A stretch of DNA of 64,000 bases. Origin: Macrostomum hystrix (lineage: Eukaryota > Animalia > Platyhelminthes). Below are positions 1-10,403 of this stretch, in pieces. The notes below the pieces were generated by a model that saw only the letters and a program-made list of their open reading frames with translations, was not told the DNA's origin and searched no databases. The DNA lies in the NCBI GenBank assembly GCA_950097015.1, contig CATNEN010000001.1, positions 1,364,001 to 1,428,000 of the forward strand, read 5' to 3'. Made by a program: the position numbers and the translations under genes. Position 1 is the stretch's first letter; each line of letters begins with the position of its first letter.

Positions 1-3000
1 TAGTGGTGCACACTAGCGACAATAGCGCCTACGTCTGGCAGACTGAGGTGCCAGCTCTGGATCGCATTGTTAGCGGCCCGGCGCTTGAGGAACTGCTTAG
101 GAGAAGCGAAGATTCTCTGAGCGATTCTAATCGATCGACTGCGCCCCTCAGGGTCACTAAACTGCGCGGCGAAGAGGCCGGGTGTCGCGGCCTGCCCATT
201 GTGCTGCACTTCAATGTTGCCTGCCTCATTGAACGAATTCTTGGAAATGACCAGCTGGCTAGGCTGAGAAGTCGGTCGAGGGATAGCGAATCCCAGGAGA
301 CGGCGTCGAGTCGATCGCGTAGGTTTCCTCATGTTAAAGAAATAAACTCCAGCGACGTAGCGGGGTGTCAAGTTTAACAAGCTAGCTTCAGGAGTGAGGT
401 GGCTGAGTAGCGGCAGGAGTGAGGTGGCTGTCTAGCAGCGGGAGTGAGGTGGTTGACTAGCGGCGGGAGTGAGGTGGTTGACTAGCGGCGGGAGTGAGGT
501 GGCTGTCTAGCAGCGGGAGTGAGGTGGTTGACTAGCGGCGGGAGTGAGGTGGCTGTCTAGCAGCGGGAGTGAGGTGGTTGACTAGCGGCGGGAGTGAGGG
601 GGCTGTCAAGCATCGGGAGTGAGGTGGTTGACTAGCGGCGGGAGTGAGGTAGCTGTCTAGCGGTGGGAGTGAGGTGAGTAAGATGACAGATTTTTGTTGG
701 AGTGATTTCTAAAAATATTTATTTTGAAGCAACTTTTTGCGCTTTAATTCTTATTATTATTATGTTCCGCAGCATTTCCAAGCAGTCGCGGTACCCCATC
801 AGCTGTCGCCCGTCTCTCTGACGCATCAGCTTCGCGAGCTGCCGCTGCATCTGCTGCCGCGTCAGCCGCCGATGCCCAGGCAATCACTGGGGCTGACGAG
901 CAGGCACTAACCCTGCAGGTTGCCCAGCTGCTCCTGTCCCTAATTCACTCCTGGGGCCTGGATACTGGCCTGGATCGCACTGTTGGCGAAACGCTCGGCC
1001 TTTGGCCGCCGCGTGTGGCTCCCTGCTTCGGATTGGTCCGTTCCAGAGCAGCCTGCCTGCTGTGCCCCAGCCCACCGCCTCACTGGGAGACCAACAGGTG
1101 CTGCCTCTGGTGCTGCTTCTTATGAACTTCAGGGCTGCTTCTTATGAGCTTCAGGGCTGTCTCATTAGAAATTCAGGGCTGTCTCATTAGAACTTCAGGG
1201 CTGCCTCTTTAGAACTTCAGGGCTGCTTCTTATCAACTTCAGGGTTGCCTCTTAAGAACTTCAGGTGGCTGCTTCTTAGGAACTTCAGGGTTGCCTCTTA
1301 AGAACTTCAGGTGGCTGCTTCTTAGGAACTTCAGGGTTGCCTCTTAAGAACTTCAGGTGGCTGCTTCTTAGGAACTTCAGGGTGGCTTCTCATTGACCCT
1401 GCCTATAGTAATGTAAACTAGCTCAGAAGGCGAGACTTGCGCGAGAACCGAGAAAACACGAGGTGACTAAAGTCTCAAGTGAGCGACTTTATATTTGGCT
1501 ATGTACACCAGAGAATGTACATCGCATTGCACAATTTACGAAGCCAACTTACGACGCGATGCGAGAATGAATCACCGCACACCTTACATCACTCCATCCC
1601 TAAATTGAGGACATTAAAAACAAAAAAATAAACAAATATTTTAGGCAGCTTAAAATGATGCACTACAAGCTTTATAAGAACAAAAAAATAGTTAGCAGCT
1701 CAAAATTGCGCGACAAAAAAATCTGGCTGCCTCCGAGTCCGATTCGAGCGTCTGGGCCCAGCAGGCGCCGGTTCGTCTAGCAGCTCCTGCCAGGTCTCAC
1801 GCGGGTCGGCAGCCGGACTGGGCGGCCGGTCGCTCTCTGCAGCGGGTGGGTCGGCGGCGGGCTGCGGGACAGCGGGTTGCGGCCGCCTCGCCACGAACGC
1901 CTTCAGCCGGTCGTGGTGCACCACCGAGCTCCGCCTCCGCCCGGTGGGCTTGGAGATCCGGTAGGTGACTGGGCCCAGCTTCTCGAGCACTCGGTACGGC
2001 CCCAACCACCGCCGGCGGAGCGCCTTAGACTGGCCCTTCTGCACCGCCGGGTTGTTGAGCATCACCAGCTGGCCGACTTGGAACGGAGTGAAGTGCTGGC
2101 GCTTGTCGTACTGCTGCTTCCGCGACCGCTGCGTCGACTGCAGGCGCTGCCGCACTAGCTGCAGGCCGGCGCGGGCGTCCGCCAGCGCGTCCGTGACGAC
2201 CGGCCTCTCACCGGCGGCGGGCAGGCTGAGCTCGGCTGGGATCCGGGGGTCGCGGCCGTGCAGCACCGCGTACGGTGACCGCTTGGTGGTGCTGTGGACC
2301 GACGAGTTGTACGCCCAGATGACGTACGGCAGGAAAGCCGCCCACCTGTCCTGCTGCTCCATGCAGTAGGCCGCCAGCATGTCGCCCAGAGTCCGGTTGA
2401 ATCGCTCGACCACCGGATTGCCGCTGGGGTGGAATGGTGTCGTCCTGGTCTTTCGAATGTCGAGCAGCCGGCACAGCTCCTGGAAGACGTCGCTTTCGAA
2501 CTGGCGACCTTGATCGGAGTGGATGACCTCGGGCGACCCGTGGCGGAGGACGACGCTGCGCAGCATGGCTTCAGCGACCGTGCGAGTCTCGATGTTGGTC
2601 GCTGGGGCCGCTTCGACCCACTTGGAGAACACGTCGGTGAAGCAGATGATGTACTTCTGACCGGTCTCTGTGGCCGGCAGCGGTCCTTTGATGTCCACCT
2701 GCACCATCTCCCAGGGAGTTGACGGCACGGTGTTGTCCTGCAGCGGCGCCCTTTGGTGCTGGTGCGGTACCTTGCGACGCTGGCACACCTCGCAGCTGCT
2801 CACCCAGTGCTGGACGTCGTCCTTCAGGCCGGGCCACCAGGCTCTGTTGACGACCCTCGCTAGCGTCCTGTCCAGTCCGAGGTGCCCGCTTGCCGGGTCG
2901 TCGTGCAGCTGCCTCAGAAGCTCCTGGCGAAGCTGCAGCGGAATGACGGGGAAGCCGCTTCTCCTGATGACGCCGTCCTCGCCAAGCTCCAGGTTCTCCG

Positions 3001-6000
3001 ACCTCACCAGGCTCTCTGCGTCGTCTGCGGCCTTGCCTCGCCGGGGCCTCCGTCCGATGAGCACCTGGCGAGCCGCTGCCAGCACCGGGTCATCGGCCTG
3101 CGCCGCGCTGATTTCCTCGTCCGACCAGGCGGGTGTCAGCCGTGTCGCCGCCGCCCGGCTCAGCGCGTCCGCCACCACGTTCTCGCGACCAGGCCTGAAG
3201 AGCAGCTTGAAATTGATCTCCTGCAGGAGCGTGATCCACCTGGCCAGGCGACCTTCGGGTTCCTTGGTGTTCAGCAGCCCTTGCAGCGGCTTGTGGTCGG
3301 AGAAGACGAGAATTTCGCCGGCGGACGCCAAGTAGTTCCGGAAGTGCTTCATGGCCCACACGACCGCCAGAAGCTCTCTGTGGGTGGTCGAGTAATTGCG
3401 CTCTGCCTTATTCAGGACTCTCGACGCGTAGGCGACCGGGCATTCGACGCCTTCGTGGAGCTGGCTGAGGACTCCTGCGATGGCCACGCCGCTGCTGTCG
3501 CAGCACAGCCGGAATCCCTTGGAGAAATCCGGCAGCTTCAGCACTGGGGGTGCCGACAGCGCCGACTTCAGCTCGCGCAGGGCTGCCTCGCACTCTGCCG
3601 TCCACCGAAACTGCCGACTTTTCTGAGTCGCCTGGTGCAGCGGATTCGCAATGCTGGCGAAGTGCGGCACGAACCGCCGGTAGAAGCCCAGCATGCCGAC
3701 GAGCCGGCGAACGTCCTCAGCGCACTCGGGCGTCGGGATGGACTGGATGGCGCTGACCTTGTCCTGGGTTGGCTGGATCCCATCGGCCGAAATCTTGTGC
3801 CCCAGGTACTCGACCTCCTGGAAGCAGAAGCAGCTCTTGCGCTTGTTCAGCTTGAGGCCCGCCGACTGCAGCCTTCCCAGGACTTCCTTCAGCGTCTGCG
3901 CGTGCTGCTCGAACGTCGTGCTGAACAGGATCAGGTCGTCCATGTAGGTGAGCACCTCCGTCCAGTTCAGGCCCGCCATCGTCAAGTCCATCAGGCGCTG
4001 GAAGGTCGCCGGGGCGTTGCAGAGGCCGAAGCCGAGCTTCCTGTACTGCATCAGGCCTTGCGTGGTGTAGAAGGCGGTCTTCTCCCGGTCCTGCTCGCGC
4101 AGCTCGACCTGCAGGAACCCTTGGCGGAGATCGAGCGTGCTGAACCAGCTGCTGCCAGTGAGCGCGTCCAGAGCGACAGACAGCGGCGGCAGCGGGTAGG
4201 CGTCCTTCACGGTGCACGAGTTGAGGGCCCTCCAGTCGGTGCAGATGCGGATTTCGTTGTTTTTCTTGCGCACCACCAGCAGATTGCTCGCCCACGGACT
4301 GCATGACGGTTCGATGATCCCGTGACGCAGCATCTCGCTGATCTTGTCGTCCACCTGCTGTCTGAAGTTCAGTGGCACTGTCCGCTGCCTGTGCTTGATG
4401 GGGCGGCTGCCGGGTTCCAGGTTGATCTCGTGCTGCAGTAGGTGCGTGGTCCCCAGGTCGAACTCGTGACTGGCGAATGCCAGCTCATGCTGGTTCAGCA
4501 GGGCTTCGATGACCTCGCGCTGCGACCGGCTCAGCTCCGGGTTGATGTTGAAGCCGGCCTCCTCCGAAGCTTCACCGTCGGGCCCGTGAGGCTCGGCAGC
4601 GTCGAAGTTGCCGATGGCCTGATTCTGGTAGAGCACCACCGGGTCGGCGCTCAGGTTGCAGACTCCCACCGGCAGGTTGCCGTCCGCGCTGGAGACCACC
4701 AGAGCCCGGTTCGGCAGCAGGCCGGTCTTGTCGACGAAGTCAGAGCTGGGCTCGAACAGACCCTGCTCAACGTACGATGCCACCTTGACCGGGATGATGA
4801 CGCGGCTGCGGGCTGGGATGGACACGGTGCTGGCGACTCTGGCGACCACGGCGGTGGGCACCACCCGGCAGGCCGGCATGGAGTTCCTGTCTGGCAGGAC
4901 TGGGATCCTGGTTGACCCCAGCAGGACAGAAGACGACATGAGATCCACGCTGAAGGTTGAGCACATCTTGCTGATGGCGTCCATGCCGAGCACGCATTCC
5001 GGCTGAATGTCGGCGACCACCGTCACCGGGTGCTCCATGGGCGGCAGTCCGCCCACCTGAATGGCCAGCGTTGCGCATGCCGGAGACTCCAAGCGTCGAC
5101 CATCGATCCCGACCGGAGTGCTGAGAGGCGGATGAAGCTGAGCTGCGACTCCCAGAGCTCGAAACTGGGCAGCTGATACGAGCGTCACCTGCGCGCCCGT
5201 GTCGAACAGCCACCTGCAGGGCCGGCCTGCGATGCTGCCGGGCAGGAAGAGCGAAGCGGTTTGGGCCTTGCTAGGCAGGGCTGGTGATGGCCCACGGTCA
5301 CCAGTCCTCAGAAGTTTCCCGAAGCCGGGGTCGGGCAGACCTCGGCCCGGTGCCCTTTGCCTGAGCAGCGGCTGCACACGGGCGGCACGGCTGGCGCGGC
5401 CTGCCTGGGGCACTGGGCCGCGAAATGGCCGGGCTGAGCGCAGTTGAAGCATTTCCCGCGACCGCTGCCTCTCCCCCGAGCTCCTCTTCCTCGCGCACCG
5501 CGCTGTCCACGGCTGCTGATGGTGGCGACCGTCGCAGCCAGGTCCGCCAGCTGCTCCTGCATCTGCTCCAGCCGGTCCACCACTTGGCTGCTCACCGATG
5601 TTACCGCGATGCTTGCAGAGGCGCCTCTGCCGCCGATGCTCTCAAGAGCCGTGGCGCGGTCCGCCAGCTGCTCCGGGCTGCTGCTGCTGCAGTCAGCGTC
5701 TTTCAGCAACGCTTCGCGAATCTCCTTCGACAGCAGAGCCAGCAGTCGGTGTCGCACTTCGCAGTCTCTCACCGTCTGATCGTGGTCAGGGCGTGCCTTC
5801 CGGTACAGGAGCTTGAGAGCGTGGCACAGCTCCCTCAGCGACTCTCCTTGGCGTCGCTTCCGGCTCTCGAACTCCGACATGGCGCAGAACGAGTTCTCCT
5901 TGCCACGGTAGAACTTGACCAGCTCGTCCTTGATGGTCGCGAAGCTCTTCTTCTTCTCCTCCGGCAGGTCCCACACGAAGACGAGCGCCTCGCCAGATAA

Positions 6001-8716
6001 GAGCAGCCGGATTTTCGATGCCATCTTTTTGTCGTCCCACTCGGAATCCGTGGCGAAGTCCTCAAACATTTGCAGCCACATGTTGATGTCGGCATCGTCT
6101 GAGCCGGAAAACTTGGGTGGCAAAAGTGCATTGGCGTGCGCCATGAGTGAGTGGGCCGACTTGAGATAGAGACCGCTGCCACCAATGTAAACTAGCTCAG
6201 AAGGCGAGACTTGCGCGAGAACCGAGAAAACACGAGGTGACTAAAGTCTCAAGTGAGCGACTTTATATTTGGCTATGTACACCAGAGAATGTACATCGCA
6301 TTGCACAATTTACGAAGCCAACTTACGACGCGATGCGAGAATGAATCACCGCACACCTTACAGTAACTTGAGCAATCCTTCAGAAACTGAATAGACGTAC
6401 AACTAGTTAAACTTGCTGAATACATTTCAGGCAGCTGACTACGCTGCACCTGTTAGCTACTACTGCTCTAGCCAGTGCTCTAGCTACGGCTCGCACAGTT
6501 GCCAGCTTCAAAGCCTGGCCCCTAGATCAGCAGCAGCAGCAGGCGCCGCCCGATATCAACGATAGTTTGATAACGGCTGCAGCCGACCTGCCGCCGCCGA
6601 CTTCAGAGCAGCGCCAGGCCTGGGGCCTCACACTCACGCATCACACTGTACTGCTGGCTGATCTGCTAGATCCCAGCCTCTATCAGCAGCCCTGCCTGCT
6701 GTCACTGGCTGGCCTGTATCACACTGCTAGTCCTCATCTGCGCCAGGCTGCTCAACAGCTGCTCATGGCTGAATTGCGTCGACTAGGACCAGCCGGCCGT
6801 CAGGAGCTGCTAGGACAGCACGATCTCAGCTTGAAGACATCGCTAGCCTCTCTAGTCCTGGTGTGCCTAGTCTGCTCCGAGTTTCCATCGGGTCAGGCTG
6901 ACCTCAATCTCACCAGGGCCGCTGCGGGGGCTTTGATCCGCCTGCTCCAGGAGCCCGGCCAGGCCGGCGGAGAAATGGCGCCCTGCGGCTCGAAGCGGCT
7001 GCTGGCGCCCGAATCGCGCACCGCAGTGGACCTCCTCGGCAGGGGATTCCGCACCTGGGAGGCTCACGTCGATGTTACGCAGGTTTGTGGGGAATTAAAC
7101 TTTTGCTGAACTTCCGGCTCCATTCAGAACCCTAGCGACAATATTCAGGCTCCATTCAGAACCCTAGCGACAATATTCAGGCTCCATCTAGAACCCTACC
7201 GACAATCTTCAGGCTCCATCCAGGACCCTAGCGACAATATTCAGGCTCTATTCAGAACCCTACCGACAATCTTCAGGCTCCATTTAGAACCCTATCGACA
7301 ATATTCAGGCTCCATCCAGGACCCTAGCGACAATATTCAGGCTCTATTCAGAACCCTACCGACAATCTTCAGGCTCCATCTAGAACCCTACCGACAATCT
7401 TCAGGCTCCATCCAGGACCCTAGCGACAATATTCAGGCTCTATTCAGAACCCTACCGACAATCTTCAGGCTCCATTTAGAACCCTATCGACAATATTCAG
7501 GCTCCATTCAGAACCCTACCGACAATCTTCAGGCTCCATTCAGAACCCTACCGACAATCTTCAGGCTACTTTCGGAACCCCACCGAACATCTTCAGGCTC
7601 CCCCCTATCGACAAACTTCAGGCTAGATAATCCCTGTTCTATAATCCCCTCAGGTGCTTCGCTTCCTACTGGACATGGCGGCCGAGCTGGAACGCCTCAT
7701 TCCAAGCAGTTCGGACAGTCTCACGTCCAGCACTGACAGCGCAGCCTCCGCCACCGTGGCTCTGAGCTGGCGGGTGCTCAGTCCTGAAGCCGATTTGGCC
7801 CTGCAGGCTAGGCTGGCCCTGACCCAGATTGCCACTTCTAGACCGCAGCTGTTCCTAATCACAATGCGCCGAGAACTGCTGCGATACAATACGCTTGCGA
7901 CTAACGCTCATCTGGCGGGGGCCAAAGCGCCCGAGCAGGCCCCAGTGTACAAGGGTCGCGTCACTATTCTCAAGTTGTTGGAGCTAGGTAAAATATAGTT
8001 CTAAGTAGATGCCGAGGAATGTAAAGCGTATTAGTTACTCACGCCCCCTTACTCTAAAACTTTAGTCTGCGAACGCGCCGCTGCCGACGTTCACGACCTG
8101 ATGTTCGACACCATCGAGCTGCTTCTGTTCTGCCTAGAAGGCCAACTGAGCCGGGATCGAGGCCTGGCCGAATTATTTCCCTCAGTTGGTCGCTTTTGCA
8201 CCGTGTCCTGTCATTTAAAATCTGGCAAAATTGTTGCCGGCAATAAAATCGGTCAGCTGGCCTTCTTCGACATCCGGGCTGGGAAGCTGCACACTACCCA
8301 GGTGAGACAGGGGCACATTTTTGCACATTTTTGTGAAATATGCTGACTCTTTTCTTACCCTCCTACTGAAAATTAATGAGTAGTGTAGTGCGCACATGTC
8401 ACGTGTACTTCTATTTTTATTTGTCTTTAATCACACCAATCCGCAGGCGCACAAGCACGGCGCAGGGTGCAGCGCGTGCGCCTTCTCGCCGGATGGCCGC
8501 TACGTGGCTTCGCTTAGCGCTGCTGATAACAATGTCCGCTTCTTTCAATTAAGCGCTCCTACACTGTTTAACATGGGCAGTAGTCACATCAAGACTGGCA
8601 AACAGTTCAATGTCAGTCCCCCGCTGCAGGGCCGCAGCTGTCGGCTTAACTGGACGGATCCCAAAACTGTGGCCGTGCTCACGCCGAGCGGAATCCACGC
8701 CACGTTTCAACCGTGA
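1..8716 (+). CDS. WDR7: WD repeat protein 7 / Rabconnectin-3 beta, 3' part (5' end outside window). Exons <1-318, 773-1097, 6431-7082, 7654-7987, 8066-8301, 8447-8716
   Basis: Manual splicing through GT-AG junctions gives one continuous frame with motifs recognisable from WDR7: SDNSAYVWQ..LDR, QLLLSLIHSWGLD, RQLTTLHLL, DLLGRGFRTWEAHVDV, ARLALTQIATSRPQLF, and a terminal WD40 repeat (CAFSPDGRYVASLS). Stop TGA 8714-8716; AATAAA at 9314-9319. Confidence 0.88.
391..675. repeat. 25-bp minisatellite (GGAGTGAGGTGGTTGACTAGCGGCG), ~11 copies, WDR7 intron
   Basis: Units at 391, 416, 441 and onward. Confidence 0.95.
1105..1395. repeat. 22-25-bp minisatellite (GAACTTCAGGGCTGCTTCTTAT), ~13 copies, directly after the WDR7 splice donor at 1098
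   Basis: Tandem GAACTTCAGG units read directly. Confidence 0.93.
1412..1588 (-). repeat. 3' LTR (177 bp)
   Basis: Identical by eye to 6186-6362; preceded on the minus strand by the purine-rich tract AGGGATGGAGTGA (1589-1601). Confidence 0.97.
1700..5320 (-). CDS. pol: Gypsy Pol polyprotein (protease, RT, RNase H, integrase), expressed by -1 frameshift from gag
   Basis: LFDTGAQVTL (protease); YMDD (RT); CDSS..RELLA..SDH..DALS (RNase H); H..H..CEVC zinc finger, D-D-E core and GPY motif (integrase). Uninterrupted ORF. Confidence 0.97.
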   Translation of the reverse strand, partial: GKLLRTGDRGPSPALPSKAQTASLFLPGSIAGRPCRWLFDTGAQVTLVSAAQFRALGVAAQLHPPLSTPVGIDGRRLESPACATLAIQVGGLPPMEHPVTVVADIQPECVLGMDAISKMCSTFSVDLMSSSVLLGSTRIPVLPDRNSMPACRVVPTAVVARVASTVSIPARSRVIIPVKVASYVEQGLFEPSSDFVDKTGLLPNRALVVSSADGNLPVGVCNLSADPVVLYQNQAIGNFDAAEPHGPDGEASEEAGFNINPELSRSQREVIEALLNQHELAFASHEFDLGTTHLLQHEINLEPGSRPIKHRQRTVPLNFRQQVDDKISEMLRHGIIEPSCSPWASNLLVVRKKNNEIRICTDWRALNSCTVKDAYPLPPLSVALDALTGSSWFSTLDLRQGFLQVELREQDREKTAFYTTQGLMQYRKLGFGLCNAPATFQRLMDLTMAGLNWTEVLTYMDDLILFSTTFEQHAQTLKEVLGRLQSAGLKLNKRKSCFCFQEVEYLGHKISADGIQPTQDKVSAIQSIPTPECAEDVRRLVGMLGFYRRFVPHFASIANPLHQATQKSRQFRWTAECEAALRELKSALSAPPVLKLPDFSKGFRLCCDSSGVAIAGVLSQLHEGVECPVAYASRVLNKAERNYSTTHRELLAVVWAMKHFRNYLASAGEILVFSDHKPLQGLLNTKEPEGRLARWITLLQEINFKLLFRPGRENVVADALSRAAATRLTPAWSDEEISAAQADDPVLAAARQVLIGRRPRRGKAADDAESLVRSENLELGEDGVIRRSGFPVIPLQLRQELLRQLHDDPASGHLGLDRTLARVVNRAWWPGLKDDVQHWVSSCEVCQRRKVPHQHQRAPLQDNTVPSTPWEMVQVDIKGPLPATETGQKYIICFTDVFSKWVEAAPATNIETRTVAEAMLRSVVLRHGSPEVIHSDQGRQFESDVFQELCRLLDIRKTRTTPFHPSGNPVVERFNRTLGDMLAAYCMEQQDRWAAFLPYVIWAYNSSVHSTTKRSPYAVLHGRDPRIPAELSLPAAGERPVVTDALADARAGLQLVRQRLQSTQRSRKQQYDKRQHFTPFQVGQLVMLNNPAVQKGQSKALRRRWLGPYRVLEKLGPVTYRISKPTGRRRSSVVHHDRLKAFVARRPQPAVPQPAADPPAAESDRPPSPAADPRETWQELLDEPAPAGPRRSNRTRRQPDFFVAQF
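5262..5320 (-). promoter_or_regulatory. -1 programmed ribosomal frameshift signal: slippery G GGA AAC plus predicted H-type pseudoknot
   Basis: Minus strand reads GGGAAAC ttctga GGaCTGGTGA ccgTGGGCCa TCACCAGcCC tgcctagcaa GGCCCA. The heptamer is in gag frame and the -1 frame is pol. Confidence 0.85.
5308..6144 (-). CDS. gag: Gypsy Gag (278 aa) with two CCHC zinc knuckles
   Basis: PPKFSG N-terminal motif, RG-rich linker, CFNCAQPGHFAAQC and CSRCSGKGHRAEVC. Confidence 0.95.
   Translation of the reverse strand: MAHANALLPPKFSGSDDADINMWLQMFEDFATDSEWDDKKMASKIRLLLSGEALVFVWDLPEEKKKSFATIKDELVKFYRGKENSFCAMSEFESRKRRQGESLRELCHALKLLYRKARPDHDQTVRDCEVRHRLLALLSKEIREALLKDADCSSSSPEQLADRATALESIGGRGASASIAVTSVSSQVVDRLEQMQEQLADLAATVATISSRGQRGARGRGARGRGSGRGKCFNCAQPGHFAAQCPRQAAPAVPPVCSRCSGKGHRAEVCPTPASGNF
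6172..6184 (-). promoter_or_regulatory. Primer-binding site TGGTGGCAGCGGT, complementary to a tRNA-Leu 3' end
   Basis: Lies 1 nt inside the 5' LTR boundary; complementary to ...ACCGCUGCCACCA, the usual 3' end of metazoan tRNA-Leu(AAG/UAG). Confidence 0.8.
6186..6362 (-). repeat. 5' LTR (177 bp)
   Basis: Identical to 1412-1588; followed on the minus strand by the PBS. Confidence 0.97.
7112..7625. repeat. 32-bp minisatellite (GGCTCCATTCAGAACCCTACCGACAATCTTCA), ~16 copies, fills WDR7 intron 7083-7653
   Basis: Period 32 (7116, 7148 and onward). Confidence 0.95.
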
Positions 8717-8751
8717 ACGATTTCAACTTGCTTTCTGTCTTACTCTCTTAG

Positions 8752-9086
8752 TTTACTAGGTTTAGAAGTCCATTACTGATTGGGTAACTAGGTTTAGAGT
8801 CCATAACTGATTGGGTACTCGGTTTAGTAGTCCTTCACTGATTGGGTAACTAGGTTTAGTAGTCCTTCACTGATTGGGTAACTAGGTTTAGAAGTCCATT
8901 ACTGATTGGGTAACTAGGTTTAGTAGTCCATAACTGATTTGGTACTCGGTTTAGTAGTCCTTCACTGATTGGGTAACTAGGTTTAGTAGTCCATAACTGA
9001 TTGGGTACTCGGTTTAGTAGTCCTTCACTGATTGGGTACTAGGTTTAGTAGTCCTTCACTGATTGGGTACTAGGTTTAGTAGTCCA
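8752..9086. repeat. 30-32-bp minisatellite (ACTAGGTTTAGTAGTCCTTCACTGATTGGGTA), ~11 copies, in the presumed WDR7 3' UTR
   Basis: Tandem units start ~35 bp after the WDR7 stop and lie upstream of AATAAA 9314. Confidence 0.93.
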
Positions 9087-9462
9087 CGACGATCTCATGT
9101 GACCCTTGTCAAGTGCTTTAGATGCTACAGTCTATTAGTTTTTTTAGTTGGGATCAACAAATTCTACGTCAGCCATCGAAGTATTTGCATTGATTTTTTA
9201 AAGTGATTTGCTGTAGTCATTTATCTTTGTAGAATTAAACGCGTTGGTTTTTTGTGCGGCAATCTCTCCTAATTAGTTGCAAATCCTGTCGTAGTTTACT
9301 AGTAGTTTCAATTAATAAATCTGTATTAGAATGTTTTGCTGCATGTTAATAATTAATCAAGTCTTTTTTATAACTTTCCTCATTTTTTGGTCAAATTATC
9401 ATCTTAAATTTTGTTTTGATATAGTAATGCACTTGTTTTTAATGGTATATTTGCTATCATCA

Positions 9463-10403
9463 CCCCAAAAACCTCCCAATTTACACTCGCCCCACCACCC
9501 CAACAAACCTTAGTGTACACTCGCCCCACCACCCCAACAAACCTCAGTGTACACTCGCCCCACCACCCCAACAAACCCCAGTGTAGACTTGCCTCACCAC
9601 CCCAACAACCCCAGTGTACTTTCGCCCCGTCACCCCAACAAACCCCAGTGTACACTCGCCCCACCACCCCAACGAATCCCAGTGTACACTTTCCCCACCA
9701 CCCCAACAACCCCAGTGTACTTCGACTTCGACTTCGACTTCGATCGACTTCGGGTCAGCGCGGGCCGCCCTCCGCCGGGTCCTCGCCGAGCGCACCCGCG
9801 AAGCCTACGCGGCCGACCCGCACTGCGCCACCCACCGTCTGGCAACCGCCACCGCCGCCCCGCGGCCATGCCTAAACCGGGCCGACGCGGTGACCCTCGC
9901 CCAGCTGCGCACGGGCCACTCACCGCTCCTGCGCTGGTATCGGCACCGGATCGGCCTGGACACCGCCGCCACCTGCCCCCGCTGCGGGGCCGCCGACGAA
10001 GACGTGGCCCACGTTTTCCTGCACTGCCGGGCCCTTGACGACCTTCGGGCCCGCATCCTTGGACCAAACCCGTCCCTGGCCGTCCTCTCGACGGATGGCC
10101 CCCGCGCGCTCGAATTCCTCCACACGGTAGGGGCGCAGACACGCCCCCCGGATCCTACCGGCCGGGAGTAACAACAACAACAACCCCAGTGTACTTTCGC
10201 CCCGTCACCCCAACAAACCCCAGTGTAGAATTGCCTCACCACCCCAACAACCCCAGTGTACTTTCGCCCCGTCACCCCAACAAACCCCAGTGTACACTCG
10301 CCCCACCACCCCAACAAACCCCTGTGTACACTCGCCCCACCACCCCAACAAACCCCTGTGTACACTCGCCCCACCACCCCAACGAATCCCAGTGCACACT
10401 CGC
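9463..10403. repeat. 33-34-bp C-rich minisatellite (GTGTACACTCGCCCCACCACCCCAACAAACCCCA), interrupted by a LINE fragment
   Basis: Period 34 (9513, 9547); resumes at 10178 after the insertion. Confidence 0.95.
9723..10177 (+). mobile_element. 5'-truncated non-LTR retrotransposon (I/Ingi-like ORF2 C-terminus) with (CAA)n tail and 13-19-bp TSD
   Basis: Encodes LAQLRTGHSPLL..CPRCG..EDVAHVFLHC, the post-RT/RNase H CCHC region of I-group LINEs. Stop TAA 10169-10171 is followed immediately by CAA repeats. TSD (CAACAA)CCCCAGTGTACTT at 9704-9722 and 10178-10196. Clade is tentative. Confidence 0.9.

Larger units (their letters stand above)
1412..6362 (-). mobile_element. Full-length Ty3/Gypsy LTR retrotransposon (4,951 bp), antisense in a WDR7 intron
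   Basis: Two identical 177-bp LTRs (1412-1588, 6186-6362) with TG..CA ends; 4-bp TSD GTAA (1408-1411 and 6363-6366); PBS, PPT, gag and pol with PR-RT-RH-IN order. Confidence 0.98.

Noticed and set aside
1797-6185. Many overlapping and antisense ORFs within the Gypsy element (e.g. 2882-4306, 474 aa)
   Set aside because: Shadows of GC-rich gag/pol codon usage with no recognisable domains.
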